From contig JBESAV010000001.1 in the NCBI GenBank assembly GCA_041242255.1, positions 32,001 to 96,000 on the forward strand: a stretch of DNA of 64,000 nt. Reading direction: 5' to 3'. The position numbers were made by a program, and so were the translations under genes. This document shows positions 1 through 10,616 of the stretch, piece after piece. The notes beneath the pieces were generated by a model. The model had not been told where the DNA came from. It ran no database searches and saw only the letters and a list, made by a program, of their open reading frames with translations. Within the stretch, counting starts at the first letter, position 1; each line of letters opens with the position of its first letter. This DNA is from Candidatus Altimarinota bacterium (GTDB lineage Bacteria; Patescibacteriota; Gracilibacteria; UBA1369; GCA-2718715).

Positions 1-1
1 C

Positions 2-325
2 GACGAAACATGGAGAAGCATCAAAGAAAGAGATGGATCAGTCCAACACTTAGACTTCCTTTCTCAAGAAGAAAAAGACGTTTTCAAAACTTACCCAGAA
101 ATCGACCAAAGAGCCATCATCAACCAAGCCGGTGTAAGACAAGAATTCATCGACCAAGGTCAATCCCTCAACGTAATCATCCATCCAGACACACCAGCTA
201 AAGAAATAAATCAGCTTTACCTAGACGCATGGAAACTTGGCGTAAAAAGCTTGTACTACCAACACAGTATGAATGCAGCCCAAATGCTTAATCAAAAACA
301 AAACTGTGTAGCCTGCGAAGGATAA
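2..325 (+). CDS. nrdA: Ribonucleoside-diphosphate reductase alpha subunit, class I (3' end only, runs off window)
   Basis: Not in ORF track. Frame 2 reads ...GSVQHLDFL...FKTYPEIDQ...RQEFIDQGQSLN...AWKLGVKSLYY...NCVACEG*, with the IDQxQSLN, KSLYY and C-terminal CxxC motifs of NrdA. Confidence 0.93.
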   Translation, partial: DETWRSIKERDGSVQHLDFLSQEEKDVFKTYPEIDQRAIINQAGVRQEFIDQGQSLNVIIHPDTPAKEINQLYLDAWKLGVKSLYYQHSMNAAQMLNQKQNCVACEG

Positions 326-398
326 TTTGTAAAACCAAAACCCTACATATCAAAGCAACCTCTTGTTAGGATAAATGTAAGTAATTAATAAACCAAAC

Positions 399-581
399 AT
401 GAAAGCCAAAAAAGCCATCCAAATGATTCTCTCTGCAGCAATAATCGCCCTCGGTATATACATGCTTGCTACAAACAGTTACCCAACTCCACCATTCCTA
501 AGTGGTATTGGATTCCTGCTAACAGGTATTTTACTTTGGCTACCAAACTGCCCAATATGCAACGCCCTTTGCAAAAAGTAA
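399..581 (+). CDS. Small two-TM membrane protein with C-terminal CPxC
   Basis: 60 aa ORF with two hydrophobic stretches, followed by a hairpin terminator at ~590-618. Confidence 0.6.
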   Translation: MKAKKAIQMILSAAIIALGIYMLATNSYPTPPFLSGIGFLLTGILLWLPNCPICNALCKK

Positions 582-675
582 GCAATCCTAAAGACCATTC
601 CCTCAAGAGTGGTCTTTTTAATTGTTTACAAATTTGTCAACAAACACCATAATGTATCCCACTTAACCAAATAAA

Positions 676-1380
676 ATGCAAAAACTATTAGTAGTTGCTT
701 CACTCTCAATCCTAGTACTTACAGGATGTGCAAACTCAGACAGTCCAGAAGAAACCCCAGACCAAAGTCAGACTGATTCACAAATGTCAGCAGAATTTGA
801 CCCTAGCTCATTCTCAATAGCTGATTACTATGAATCAACAGCTATAACAGACGAAACTTTCAATATTGGACAATTATCAATTACCAATAATGGTGTAAAA
901 ACTCATGACCTAGTCTCCGTAGCAGACAACCTCGCTTGCCAAACTTATCTAGAGAATGCCATGATGGTAGATCTTGAAATCACAAACAACTATGATCAAG
1001 CTATAACATATGGAATGATTTCAGATATTTGGGGGATCTCCGATGTTACTACTGATAAAACTATAGAATTCATGGAATCAGAAGACTTTGCCCAAGACGC
1101 AACAGTTTTATCTGACGAATTTTATGGAACTCTAGACCCATATTTGTTTCAAGGAGATTATCTAGGAACTTGTTTTGAACAACAAAACGATCGTTTCTCA
1201 GCTCAACCTGGAGAAACTGTAAATTACCCACTTTACTTCTCACTTCCAGACAGATGGACTGATGGAGCAGAAGATTGGTACTTAGCCTTAAATCCAAACA
1301 CATACTCTCTTCCAGCAGACCACCCAATCAAAGAGCTAGAACAACAAAGACAGTTAGCAATCATCAAGTTAGATATCTAA
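676..1380 (+). CDS. Hypothetical lipoprotein
   Basis: Signal peptide with lipobox LTGC; acidic mature domain. Confidence 0.75.
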   Translation: MQKLLVVASLSILVLTGCANSDSPEETPDQSQTDSQMSAEFDPSSFSIADYYESTAITDETFNIGQLSITNNGVKTHDLVSVADNLACQTYLENAMMVDLEITNNYDQAITYGMISDIWGISDVTTDKTIEFMESEDFAQDATVLSDEFYGTLDPYLFQGDYLGTCFEQQNDRFSAQPGETVNYPLYFSLPDRWTDGAEDWYLALNPNTYSLPADHPIKELEQQRQLAIIKLDI

Positions 1381-1395
1381 ATTATCTAATCAACA

Positions 1396-1428
1396 AAAAA
1401 GACCACCTCTCAACGGATGGTCTTTTTT
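1396..1428. terminator. Bidirectional intrinsic terminator
   Basis: AAAAAGACCA...TGGTCTTTTTT hairpin between convergent genes. Confidence 0.7.
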
Positions 1429-1437
1429 AATACAAAT

Positions 1438-1980
1438 TTATCTTGAGATAACTCCACTCAAAACAGCAATAGCATTGAAATTATAATCAAACTTCAATAG
1501 ATCACCATCAACTAAAGCAAAAAATCTTTTATTACCAGCAAGATCACCTAAGAAATCTAATTCAATTACATCATACCCTACAAATTCAACGTAATTTGCA
1601 CCATAACCATTCTCATCTACCGCCTCAACTCCACCAAAGAGGTTATTTTCTAGTGCAGTAATAAGCTCATCTCTATCAACACTGATTAAATCATTTTCAA
1701 AGTCACCCTCAACAACATATCCAAATGTCTGCGACTGATCCCCAGACATAATAGGTCTCAAAGCCCCATCACTATCTCCAAGAGTTAGCTCATTCGTAGA
1801 ACAAATATCAAATGATAAACCATCCAAAGAATAAACCTCACCTATATTACAACCAATCTCCTCAGTCGTATTAGAGTCTTCCATGGAAGTATCCATATTA
1901 TCATTAACATTTCCTCCACATCCAGCTAGGAGCAAAGCGATCATTGTTAAACTGAAAAATTTTTTCATATTCTCAAACAT
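1438..1980 (-). CDS. Hypothetical lipoprotein
   Basis: MKKFFSLTMIALLLAGC lipobox; start probably at the MKKFF Met. Confidence 0.75.
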   Translation of the reverse strand: MFENMKKFFSLTMIALLLAGCGGNVNDNMDTSMEDSNTTEEIGCNIGEVYSLDGLSFDICSTNELTLGDSDGALRPIMSGDQSQTFGYVVEGDFENDLISVDRDELITALENNLFGGVEAVDENGYGANYVEFVGYDVIELDFLGDLAGNKRFFALVDGDLLKFDYNFNAIAVLSGVISR

Positions 1981-2058
1981 TAAATAACACGTGCACTATA
2001 ACATATTTGTAAAAAAACACGTCTAAACTAAAATAGATATAGTCACTAAACAAAACTT

Positions 2059-3417
2059 ATGAAAAAGTTACTCCCACTTTCAATCATCACCTCCTTGATT
2101 ATCCCATCAATCGCATATGCAAATTTCCCCGATGTTCCTACAAATCACCCAAACCATACAGCCATAACATATCTAAAAGACCAACAAATCATTGACGGTA
2201 ACCCAGACGGAACTTTCAAACCTCAAAACACTTTAAACAGAGCTGAGCTCACCAAAATAGCTGTCCTTTCAGCAGACTTACCACTAGAGGAACCAAACAA
2301 TTGTTTTCCAGACGTACCCGACACAGAATGGTTCGCACCCTTTGTATGTACTGCTAAAGCCAACGGTATTGTAGCAGGTTACCCAGATGGAACCTTCCGC
2401 CCATCCAACCCTATCAACCGAGCCGAAGCTTTTAAAATAATCTCAGAGTCCCAAAACACGCCATATCAAAACGCCAGCCCACAAACCGCTCAAAACAATT
2501 ACTCAGACTATGACCAAAACCAGTGGTACAGCGGATACCTTAACTACTTATCTAACCAAAACTACCTACCCTTCAGCCTCAAAATTGAAGCTGATAAAGA
2601 ACTCCAAAGAAGAGAATTTTCAGAAATTTACTACCGCTTACTTTCAACCAACCAGTCCCCTTTCACACCAGAATTTCCAGATACAAATTATCAAATAGAA
2701 GGAGATCACACTGAAATTCTTCAAATGCTAGACCTCATCAACCAAGAAAGAACTTCAAGAGGGTTAGTTCCAGTCGAATACAGTAACGAACTAACCTACA
2801 TGGGAGAACTTCACTCAAAAGACATGCTAAACAGAAACTTTTTCTCACATGAAAATCCAGACGGTGAAAACATCGATACGCGAAGAAAGGATTTAGGAAT
2901 ACAAACTTTTGTCGGAGAAAACATCTCAAAAAACACATCAGTATCAGGATCCCACAATTCACTCATGCAAAGTCCTCCTCATAAAGCCAACATCCTTAAC
3001 CCAGACTGGAATAGACTTGGACTAGGAATTGTATCTCAAAACGGTATCTACTATGTCAGCCAAGAATTCTCACTTTATGAAGTAAACACCGAAAAACTTA
3101 TCAACCAAATAGTTCTCGAATCCAACACTTCACTAGAAATCAACAGTACTCTAATGTCAGCCGCTCAAAAATGGGCAACCATAATGGCAAACAACCAAAA
3201 CACAAGCCTTGAAATCATCGGTCAAAAACTACAAGACCTTCAAGAACTACAAGGCCTCAATGTATCAGCTGGAACAGGAAGTGCTTCCGTATCTGGAGAT
3301 CTAAGGAATCTAGTTGAACCTCAGCTTGAATTCCTACAAGAAAGCTATACTGAACTTGGATACGCCACAGCCAAAGACTCAACCGGACAAATATATTTCA
3401 TTCTGATCACAATCTAA
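2059..3417 (+). CDS. SLH-domain plus CAP (SCP) domain surface protein
   Basis: Signal peptide; SLH motifs (FPDVP...GNPDGTFKP...LNRAE); CAP motifs (INQER...HSKDM...FFSH...GENI...SPPHKANIL). Confidence 0.9.
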   Translation: MKKLLPLSIITSLIIPSIAYANFPDVPTNHPNHTAITYLKDQQIIDGNPDGTFKPQNTLNRAELTKIAVLSADLPLEEPNNCFPDVPDTEWFAPFVCTAKANGIVAGYPDGTFRPSNPINRAEAFKIISESQNTPYQNASPQTAQNNYSDYDQNQWYSGYLNYLSNQNYLPFSLKIEADKELQRREFSEIYYRLLSTNQSPFTPEFPDTNYQIEGDHTEILQMLDLINQERTSRGLVPVEYSNELTYMGELHSKDMLNRNFFSHENPDGENIDTRRKDLGIQTFVGENISKNTSVSGSHNSLMQSPPHKANILNPDWNRLGLGIVSQNGIYYVSQEFSLYEVNTEKLINQIVLESNTSLEINSTLMSAAQKWATIMANNQNTSLEIIGQKLQDLQELQGLNVSAGTGSASVSGDLRNLVEPQLEFLQESYTELGYATAKDSTGQIYFILITI

Positions 3418-3450
3418 GTTAATATATCTTTAAACTTTTAAAACAAAATT

Positions 3451-3912
3451 ATGAAAAACAAATTTCTACTCATAACACTATCAAGCTTACTACTATTTGG
3501 ATGTTCATCTCCAAGCATGGAAAAATCAGACTTATCAAACCCACCAACACCACCATCTGAACAAACAAGCTCAGATTCAAATGAAGATAATCTCATAAAA
3601 CCTGAATTAGAAGCTTTATACTCAAGTGCTGAACAAGTTATCTTAGCTGGACCTGAAACTGAAGTGACTGAAGATGAATTTTCACAAAGAGTTACAGCCT
3701 TAATCACAGAGTTAGAAACAACTCTCAAATCTGATAATTATACAGGTAATGAATTCCTTGATACACAATTAACAAACCTTTTAAACTCATCTCCTGAACG
3801 TCATGAAGGAATGGGACCAGAAAGTTACCAAGAGTATTACGAACTAGTAATGCCAACAGCTCAAAACATATTGAATTGGGAAGGTATGACAGACACCACC
3901 CCAGAACAATAA
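3451..3912 (+). CDS. Hypothetical lipoprotein
   Basis: Lipobox LFGC. Confidence 0.7.
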   Translation: MKNKFLLITLSSLLLFGCSSPSMEKSDLSNPPTPPSEQTSSDSNEDNLIKPELEALYSSAEQVILAGPETEVTEDEFSQRVTALITELETTLKSDNYTGNEFLDTQLTNLLNSSPERHEGMGPESYQEYYELVMPTAQNILNWEGMTDTTPEQ

Positions 3913-4002
3913 AGACTCACAAAAAGCCACACCAACCAAGTGTGGCTTTTCTCTTGCCCAAAACTCTATCATCCCGTAATCTCAAACCACACAAAACCAT
4001 GT

Positions 4003-4078
4003 GCGCCTGTAGCTCAACTGGAAGAGCATCGGTCTTCGGAACCGAGGGTTGGGGGTTCGAACCCCTCCGGGCGTACCA
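4003..4078 (+). tRNA. tRNA-Arg(TCG)
   Basis: 76-nt cloverleaf: acceptor GCGCCTG/CGGGCGT, anticodon arm TCGGT-CT TCG GA-ACCGA, T-loop GGTTCGAA, encoded CCA. Confidence 0.95.
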
Positions 4079-4137
4079 TTTTCATAAAACAAAAAAGCAC
4101 CCTAAGGTGCTTTTTATAATCAATCTAAATCAAGTAA

Positions 4138-5928
4138 TTAGTTACTTACATTTAGTTTTGCTCTATCAGAACAAATCAATTCATTTGTATCAATATCTCT
4201 CAATTGCACTTGAACTTCATATCCACCATCAGCGATTACACCAGCACCTGGGAAATTACCAGTCCAGTAATAAACATGATTAGTGTTTCTATTTAGATTT
4301 CTGTTCACAAGTACAGATTCATCTCTAGCAGCATCAATAAATCGAATCTGAGCATTAACCATTGCATCAGTATAATCTCCGATCCCATAGCTAATCACCA
4401 AAGTCTCATCACTTGGATCAAAAGTTGCAGAACTCAAAGAGATATCACAACTTAATACAACTAAATCATCGTCATCAGTTGGTTGATCAGTTGAATCATC
4501 ACCAGTAGAGTTATCGTTATTAGTTGTCGAATCATCATTATTGGTAGTCGAATTGTCGGAATTATCAGTACTAGAATTATCAGTTGTTGAATTATCACTA
4601 TTATCTACATTTGTTGTAGAGTTATCTGAGTTATCAGCATAGTAGTAAGAATAGTAATAATCGTAGTCGTAATTATAGTTGTAAGTATAATTAGTAGTAT
4701 CATCATCTGAATAATTGTAATCACTTGTGTAGTTATAATTCACAGTGTCATCATCAGAGTAAGAGAAATCAACATCATTATTCACAGTATCATTACTATC
4801 ATCAGAGTCAGAATCTGGATTATCAGAATCATCTGAGTTATCAGCTACATCACCATTTGAAACAATGTACACTCTCTCAGAATCACTACATGTCCAGTTG
4901 TAACCTAAATCAACTACAGAAATTTCAATTGTATACCATCGACCATCTCTTAAAACATCATTATTTTCATCTTCACCGTCCCAGTAGTATGTATAATCAT
5001 CATTACTGTCAATTCTAACAGTTCGAATTTTAGTCACATTTCCATATGAATCCTCAGCCGTAATATTTGCTTCTAGCCTCATATCACCTATAGTATCAGT
5101 TTCAAAATCTATTCTGAGGTTTTCATAAGTAGGATCAAAGTCATTATCTCTTATATCAATCTCACATGAAATTACACGATCAGAATCATAATCACGTCTT
5201 CCACCTTCATACACATCATCATTTCTGTCAGTAATGTACTCAAGTCTGTAAAGCATTTCAGCAACCTCACCACGAGTCATAGACTCTTCTGGTAAGTAGT
5301 AGAAAGCATCAACCTCATCTATAGATCTCGCTGGAATAGCATGGTAAAGACCTACAGTATTTGATCTAGAAGCGTAGTCTACAAATGGGTAAAACCATTT
5401 TCTAAAATTGTTATCTACAATTCTAAATTGGTATTCATCAATTTCAGGTAAATCACCATCATTGAAGTAAAGTGAAGCCATTTTAATTGCTTCCGCTCTT
5501 GTAACACAGTTTCCAGGTTTGAAAGAACCATCTTCATATCCTCTAACTACACCTTGGTAAGTAGCTTCAACTACATATGGATAAAACCAATCTCCAGGGA
5601 ACACGTCACTATAGTGAACAGTGTTGTAGTAAGGGTAATCCAAAACATCGTCCTCAGTATTTGCAACTTCGAACATCATTTTTAAGAACTCTGCTCTGTT
5701 TACACAGATATCAGGTCTAAAGTTTCCATCTGAATATCCAGAAACAAACTGATTATCTCTCATCCAGTAGATAGAATCATAGTAAGGATAAGAATTTGGT
5801 ACGTCATAGAAACTCGCGTCTCCATAACCATTGTAATAGTTTTGACCGTAACCATAGTAATCAGCACTAGCAAACAAAGCTGGTACAATTACCATAACCG
5901 CCAAAACAGTTGATAGTAACTTTTTCAT
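4138..5928 (-). CDS. SLH-domain surface protein with Ig-like (FlgD-type) domains and D/N/S/T/Y low-complexity linker
   Basis: Signal peptide; SLH motifs (GYSDGNFRP...NRAE, GYEDGSFKP...TRAE); WDGED motif; DNSTT repeats. Confidence 0.85.
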   Translation of the reverse strand: MKKLLSTVLAVMVIVPALFASADYYGYGQNYYNGYGDASFYDVPNSYPYYDSIYWMRDNQFVSGYSDGNFRPDICVNRAEFLKMMFEVANTEDDVLDYPYYNTVHYSDVFPGDWFYPYVVEATYQGVVRGYEDGSFKPGNCVTRAEAIKMASLYFNDGDLPEIDEYQFRIVDNNFRKWFYPFVDYASRSNTVGLYHAIPARSIDEVDAFYYLPEESMTRGEVAEMLYRLEYITDRNDDVYEGGRRDYDSDRVISCEIDIRDNDFDPTYENLRIDFETDTIGDMRLEANITAEDSYGNVTKIRTVRIDSNDDYTYYWDGEDENNDVLRDGRWYTIEISVVDLGYNWTCSDSERVYIVSNGDVADNSDDSDNPDSDSDDSNDTVNNDVDFSYSDDDTVNYNYTSDYNYSDDDTTNYTYNYNYDYDYYYSYYYADNSDNSTTNVDNSDNSTTDNSSTDNSDNSTTNNDDSTTNNDNSTGDDSTDQPTDDDDLVVLSCDISLSSATFDPSDETLVISYGIGDYTDAMVNAQIRFIDAARDESVLVNRNLNRNTNHVYYWTGNFPGAGVIADGGYEVQVQLRDIDTNELICSDRAKLNVSN

Positions 5929-6006
5929 TTTTTGATTGTTAATTAAAAGTTAGAGCTGATTATATAAAAAATAAACTTTTTGTCAACATCATCTTCCATC
6001 CGACTT

Positions 6007-6636
6007 CTACTTCTCCAAACCAATTGCCCCCTCAGCCTTCAACACACCTACTAAATCACCACACATAAATTCAAATTGGCTAGCTTCATACAGTTCATGC
6101 AGAGGAGACATAACTAAACGAGCATAGTTTGAAACAAAGGCTTCATACTCATCTGTTACTCTATGATTTTTAGGCAGTTCATTTGAAAAAGGATTATAAC
6201 CCAAAGACTTCTCCACAGCTTTATTTAAAGTAAAATAAAAAACTCTTTCATCATCAACTGGGAAAAAATCTCTAGAAGTTACCACTATCATATTATTAGG
6301 AGCAAATCTAAAATAATTTTCAGGATAATACTTCGAAACAGCAAACCAGAAAAAATCACCCACACCTGGAAATCTCACTAAAGCCCTTTCATTATTCCTA
6401 GTAAAAGGCAATAAATTTCTAGCAAAAACCTCATACCCGTCAGCCCTAAAGTCATCAAAAGATTCATACTCAGGCATTGCAAAAACTTTTGCAAGCTTCT
6501 TCTGCATGTTCTGTCTTATCTTCTCATTATACTCAACCAACTTATTCCTAACATAACCATCATCAAAACCATCACTTAAATAAGAGATATCTGCATTTTG
6601 AAAGGATGCAAATGGACAAACTGATTCCCTAAACAT
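6007..6636 (-). CDS. Hypothetical protein
   Basis: 209 aa ORF on the locally coding strand. Confidence 0.6.
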   Translation of the reverse strand: MFRESVCPFASFQNADISYLSDGFDDGYVRNKLVEYNEKIRQNMQKKLAKVFAMPEYESFDDFRADGYEVFARNLLPFTRNNERALVRFPGVGDFFWFAVSKYYPENYFRFAPNNMIVVTSRDFFPVDDERVFYFTLNKAVEKSLGYNPFSNELPKNHRVTDEYEAFVSNYARLVMSPLHELYEASQFEFMCGDLVGVLKAEGAIGLEK

Positions 6637-6681
6637 ATCACTTATTTACAAGAAACCACAGTACCAGCCATACAGTATCTG

Positions 6682-7320
6682 TCAACCTCTACGCCTAAAC
6701 TTAAAATACAAAAACCCAACAACAACCACTAAAACTACCGCCAACTTCAAAATACTCTCCAAGCTACTCATCCCCTCCATCAAACCACCAGCACTTTCTA
6801 GTCCATAGTACCCAACCATTATAAAAAATAAATTCCTCAATATATTCCCAAAGAAAGTCGCCAGCACATACACTTTAAAATTCACCTTCACAAATCCAGA
6901 CATAACACTCACTACAGCACTAGACATAACGGGAGTTGCCCTAAGCACAAACAAAACTCCAAAATTAACCCATAAATTCTCACCCAACTTTGCCCCAAGT
7001 TTCTCTACATCCTCATGACTAACTCCCAGAAACTTCCCAAATCTCCCCATAAAAACATCCTCAAATTTATCAACCAAAAAATACAATATCATCGAAGCGA
7101 CAAGCTTTGCCACAGAAGCCAAAACAGCAACCCACACCAGATAAACAAACCCATTTCCAGCAACTTCAGCCAAACTACCAGCAGTCCCCAAAACCAATGG
7201 AGAAGGAATCGGCGCCAAAATCTCCTCCAAAAAACCACCAGTCAAAACAAACAATTCAATCGAAACTTTCTCCGACAATTCCAGCAACCACCCTTCCACA
7301 ACACCCAAAATATCTCCCAT
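6682..7320 (-). CDS. DedA/VTT family membrane protein
   Basis: EEILAPIPSPLV and LRATP motifs; multiple TM segments. Confidence 0.85.
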   Translation of the reverse strand: MGDILGVVEGWLLELSEKVSIELFVLTGGFLEEILAPIPSPLVLGTAGSLAEVAGNGFVYLVWVAVLASVAKLVASMILYFLVDKFEDVFMGRFGKFLGVSHEDVEKLGAKLGENLWVNFGVLFVLRATPVMSSAVVSVMSGFVKVNFKVYVLATFFGNILRNLFFIMVGYYGLESAGGLMEGMSSLESILKLAVVLVVVVGFLYFKFRRRG

Positions 7321-7417
7321 ATAAATTTTTATCTACACAGATTATATACATTCAGACCCAAACAGTCATTAATATAATTGTTAATAAATGTTATAATTAA
7401 AAGATTTAAAATAAATC

Positions 7418-8281
7418 ATGGAAATACCTATTCCAAACTATGAAAATCAAAGAGAGTTTTTCTCTAGATTTATAACTCTTACTTATCGTAATGTCAGAGT
7501 TCAAGGCCACCCTGAAGAATTTGAAAACATAGATGAAATTTTAGAATTCTTTCTACAAAAATACCCAACCTCACTCCCAAAAATAGAAGAATTACAACAA
7601 AACCTTCAAAATCAATCTTTCAACCCTGAAGACCTTACAAACATAGCTCATCTAATAGAAGCATATATAATCGGTAGCTTTGACTCTAAACAAACCCAAT
7701 CAATCCTTTTCGCACTTTCTTTAGAGCCTAACCCCTTCCAGGATGTAATGACTTTAAGAATAAAAAAACTAAAACAGCTTCAAGAACTTTCAGAATCATA
7801 TGAAGTTAATTTAGACCCAACTATTCTAAATCAAAGAAGAGATATACGCGAAAAAATAACTTCTTTTTTAACAAAAAAAGTATCAAACAATCATATTTTA
7901 AATCATATCTTTCTAAAAAGAATTGCCCGAAAACCTTTTATTAAGTTCACAATACACAGTCTGGAACAAATACTAAACCAACAACATTTTGGAGATTATT
8001 TCGACGAACAAAAATCTCGTATACTACTCCATAGAGAGTTAATTAGTCTGCTAGAAAACCCAAAAAAACTAAATCAATTTATAACAATAATGGAACATCA
8101 CCCTGATAGAGAAATTTTCATATCTCCTAACTTACATTTATCAAGTAAAGACTATAGAAAACTTATTACACTTATAAAGTATGAACCAGAAGGAGCACTG
8201 ACCCATACAAAAAAAGCCCCACAAGGCCAACTGTCACTTTCAGACCAACATGGAGCTATAACTCAAGTTGATAAAGACTAA
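7418..8281 (+). CDS. Hypothetical protein
   Basis: 287 aa ORF; no motif recognised. Confidence 0.6.
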   Translation: MEIPIPNYENQREFFSRFITLTYRNVRVQGHPEEFENIDEILEFFLQKYPTSLPKIEELQQNLQNQSFNPEDLTNIAHLIEAYIIGSFDSKQTQSILFALSLEPNPFQDVMTLRIKKLKQLQELSESYEVNLDPTILNQRRDIREKITSFLTKKVSNNHILNHIFLKRIARKPFIKFTIHSLEQILNQQHFGDYFDEQKSRILLHRELISLLENPKKLNQFITIMEHHPDREIFISPNLHLSSKDYRKLITLIKYEPEGALTHTKKAPQGQLSLSDQHGAITQVDKD

Positions 8282-8625
8282 GCTTCATCGTCCTTAACCA
8301 ATCCTGACAATACAGCCATTATCAAACTCATCACAAAAGATAAAAGTACAGCTGACCAGAAACCTCCCAGACTAAATCCACTCACGAGCTCATCCACGAG
8401 CATTAGCAGTAAAGCATTTAAAACCACTCCAAACAGCCCAAGAGTCAAAAGGTTAATTGGCAAAGTCAAAAGCTTTAAAACTGGTTTTAAAGTTATATTT
8501 ATAAGTCCCAAAACCAAAGCTACAACAAGCGCTACACCAAATGACTCAACACTAGCTCCAGGCAAAACATACGCTCCACCCAAAACAGATAATGCTGAAA
8601 ATAACCATGTTAACAAAAGTCCCAT
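8278..8625 (-). CDS. YvlD-like 4-TM phage holin family protein
   Basis: KPVLKLLTLPINLLTLGLF...NALLL signature. Confidence 0.88.
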   Translation of the reverse strand: MGLLLTWLFSALSVLGGAYVLPGASVESFGVALVVALVLGLINITLKPVLKLLTLPINLLTLGLFGVVLNALLLMLVDELVSGFSLGGFWSAVLLSFVMSLIMAVLSGLVKDDEA

Positions 8626-8645
8626 AAAAATTATTTAAATTCTAT

Positions 8646-9878
8646 CTATATCTTATAGGATTTCAGCCTCCCATCAAACAGTTCACATAACCAAAACGGT
8701 AAGAAGTAGTACCATTTCCTTACTACATCAGCTTTAACAACCTCACACCCACCATCTCTCTCAAACCATTCATCCTCTCGAAAAGATCGAATAAACTCTA
8801 CATCCTCTTTATTTTTAGCAATCAAAGTTAGGTCAATCTCAGAATCTACTCCAAACGACCTATCTGCCAAATTAGAAGATCCGATCTTCAAATACTTATC
8901 ATCCACAATCATAACTTTTCCATGAATATAAACAGGTTCTTTCTTACTATTAAACAAATTATAAAAGTAGTCTCCACCGAGTAACTTCATATTTTTGTAT
9001 GTAATTTTATCAATTGTAGCTTTGGCAAGCCAGTGCCTCGACCTAACCGGCAACATAATTTTCAAATCACCCTCTGGATTCTCCTGTTTCCACTCTTTCA
9101 GTTCCCGCCTTACTTCTTCTGATGCAAAGTATTGATTCTGAATATAAATCAAATCTTTAGCCTGCTCAATCAACTCAAGGGTAATATTTTTCACATGATC
9201 TTTAGAGGAGTAATCATAAGCCTCAAACATATTTTCTGAAACCAAAAAATCTCCAACTCGAAAACCATAATCAACTTCCAATCTATCAGACTTATCAAAT
9301 TTCAACTTTTCATTAATATCAAGATATTTACCCCATCTTTTCAGAATGTAATTTTTAAAAAAATCAACAATTTCCTTCCCTCTCAAAATCCAATGAGTAT
9401 CCTGAAACTTATTATCCAAATGTTTTCGATCATCCTCCCTCCCTTCAACAATATCCATTCCACCAGTAAACAAAAGCTCCCCATCTACGCAAACAACTTT
9501 TGCATGATGACTTCCACCAAAAGGAAAATCCGTTGCAAGCCTATAAACTATATTAGACCTATTCTTAAGCTTCCTAACAGCATTAAACTTCTTAAAAGAA
9601 AGACCCAATCGAACTCCAGACCAAATCAATAAATACAATTTATAATTTTCATTTTCTTGAAACTTCTTCTCAAACAAATCTCTAAAAGTCTTACCTTCAG
9701 AGTATTCAGTATCAAAATCAAAATCCCAGCCAATCACCACAGTATAGTTACTAGACCTATCTATAGCTTCAGCTAAAACACTATAATATTCCTTAGTTGT
9801 CTTCAATACACCGTACTCAACTCCACAAATCTCAGTCCCAAGATTCGTATTAATTTTCATATATAATAATAAACACAA
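8646..9878 (-). CDS. Phospholipase D family protein
   Basis: Two HxKxxxxD motifs (HAKVVCVD; HGKVMIVD...GSSN). Confidence 0.9.
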   Translation of the reverse strand: MCLLLYMKINTNLGTEICGVEYGVLKTTKEYYSVLAEAIDRSSNYTVVIGWDFDFDTEYSEGKTFRDLFEKKFQENENYKLYLLIWSGVRLGLSFKKFNAVRKLKNRSNIVYRLATDFPFGGSHHAKVVCVDGELLFTGGMDIVEGREDDRKHLDNKFQDTHWILRGKEIVDFFKNYILKRWGKYLDINEKLKFDKSDRLEVDYGFRVGDFLVSENMFEAYDYSSKDHVKNITLELIEQAKDLIYIQNQYFASEEVRRELKEWKQENPEGDLKIMLPVRSRHWLAKATIDKITYKNMKLLGGDYFYNLFNSKKEPVYIHGKVMIVDDKYLKIGSSNLADRSFGVDSEIDLTLIAKNKEDVEFIRSFREDEWFERDGGCEVVKADVVRKWYYFLPFWLCELFDGRLKSYKI

Positions 9879-9896
9879 CTAGAGTATACTATATTA

Positions 9897-10607
9897 CTAA
9901 CTACTCAAAGTCTCTAGCTTCCCTTTAAAAATATTCTCATCTAAAGATTTCATCAAATAACTCCCCGAAACTATAAAATCAGCCCCAGCCTTCCTTACAG
10001 CCGAAATAGTTTCCTTATTCACTCCTCCATCCACAGATAAAAGAACCCCAGATTCTCCCAAAATCTCTCTAACTCTTGCAACTTTAGCCACACATTTCCC
10101 AATCATTTTCTGACCACTAAAACCAGGCCAAACAGTCATAACTAAAACCTTATCCACCAACCCCTCTTCTAGCAAAGGTACTAATACCTTTTCAGATGTA
10201 TCAGGATTAATAACGACAGTCGTCAAAAACCCTAACCCAGAGATCTTAACCAAATCACCTCTCAATTTTTCCATATCGACTCTCTCCTTCTTATCCATAT
10301 AGATTTCAATGTGAACTCCATACCAATTCCTTCCAAACTCAAACTCGCCCACATTAAAAATCTCAGCAAACCTTTCTACATAGTCCATGGGTTTCTCAAC
10401 CATCATATGTATATCTACTGGCACATCAATATTCCCAGACACACCTTTAAACACATCAGGCCCAAAAGTTAAATTAGGCGCAAAGTGCCCATCCATTACA
10501 TCTATATGCATAACTCTAAGGCCCCACTTTGAATACTTATCAAATTCAGACCTAACACCTGATAAATCAGCTGACAACAATGATCCTGCTACAATCACAT
10601 CTCTCAT
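9897..10607 (-). CDS. rpe: Ribulose-phosphate 3-epimerase
   Basis: SLLSAD, HIDVMDGHFAPNLTFG, MTVWPGFSGQ, VDGGVN motifs. Confidence 0.95.
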   Translation of the reverse strand: MRDVIVAGSLLSADLSGVRSEFDKYSKWGLRVMHIDVMDGHFAPNLTFGPDVFKGVSGNIDVPVDIHMMVEKPMDYVERFAEIFNVGEFEFGRNWYGVHIEIYMDKKERVDMEKLRGDLVKISGLGFLTTVVINPDTSEKVLVPLLEEGLVDKVLVMTVWPGFSGQKMIGKCVAKVARVREILGESGVLLSVDGGVNKETISAVRKAGADFIVSGSYLMKSLDENIFKGKLETLSS

Positions 10608-10616
10608 CTCAAAAAA

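Noticed and set aside
10-201. ORF-track shadow ORFs (e.g. 10-201, 3438-3728, 3876-4283, 7015-7400, 28441-28782, 50808-51327, 63102-63617)
   Set aside because: They overlap well-supported genes or tRNAs in another frame or strand and mainly reflect compositional skew.
8278-8625. Prophage signalled by the holin-family gene
   Set aside because: YvlD-type proteins are commonly chromosomal, and no phage structural or lysis genes are nearby.
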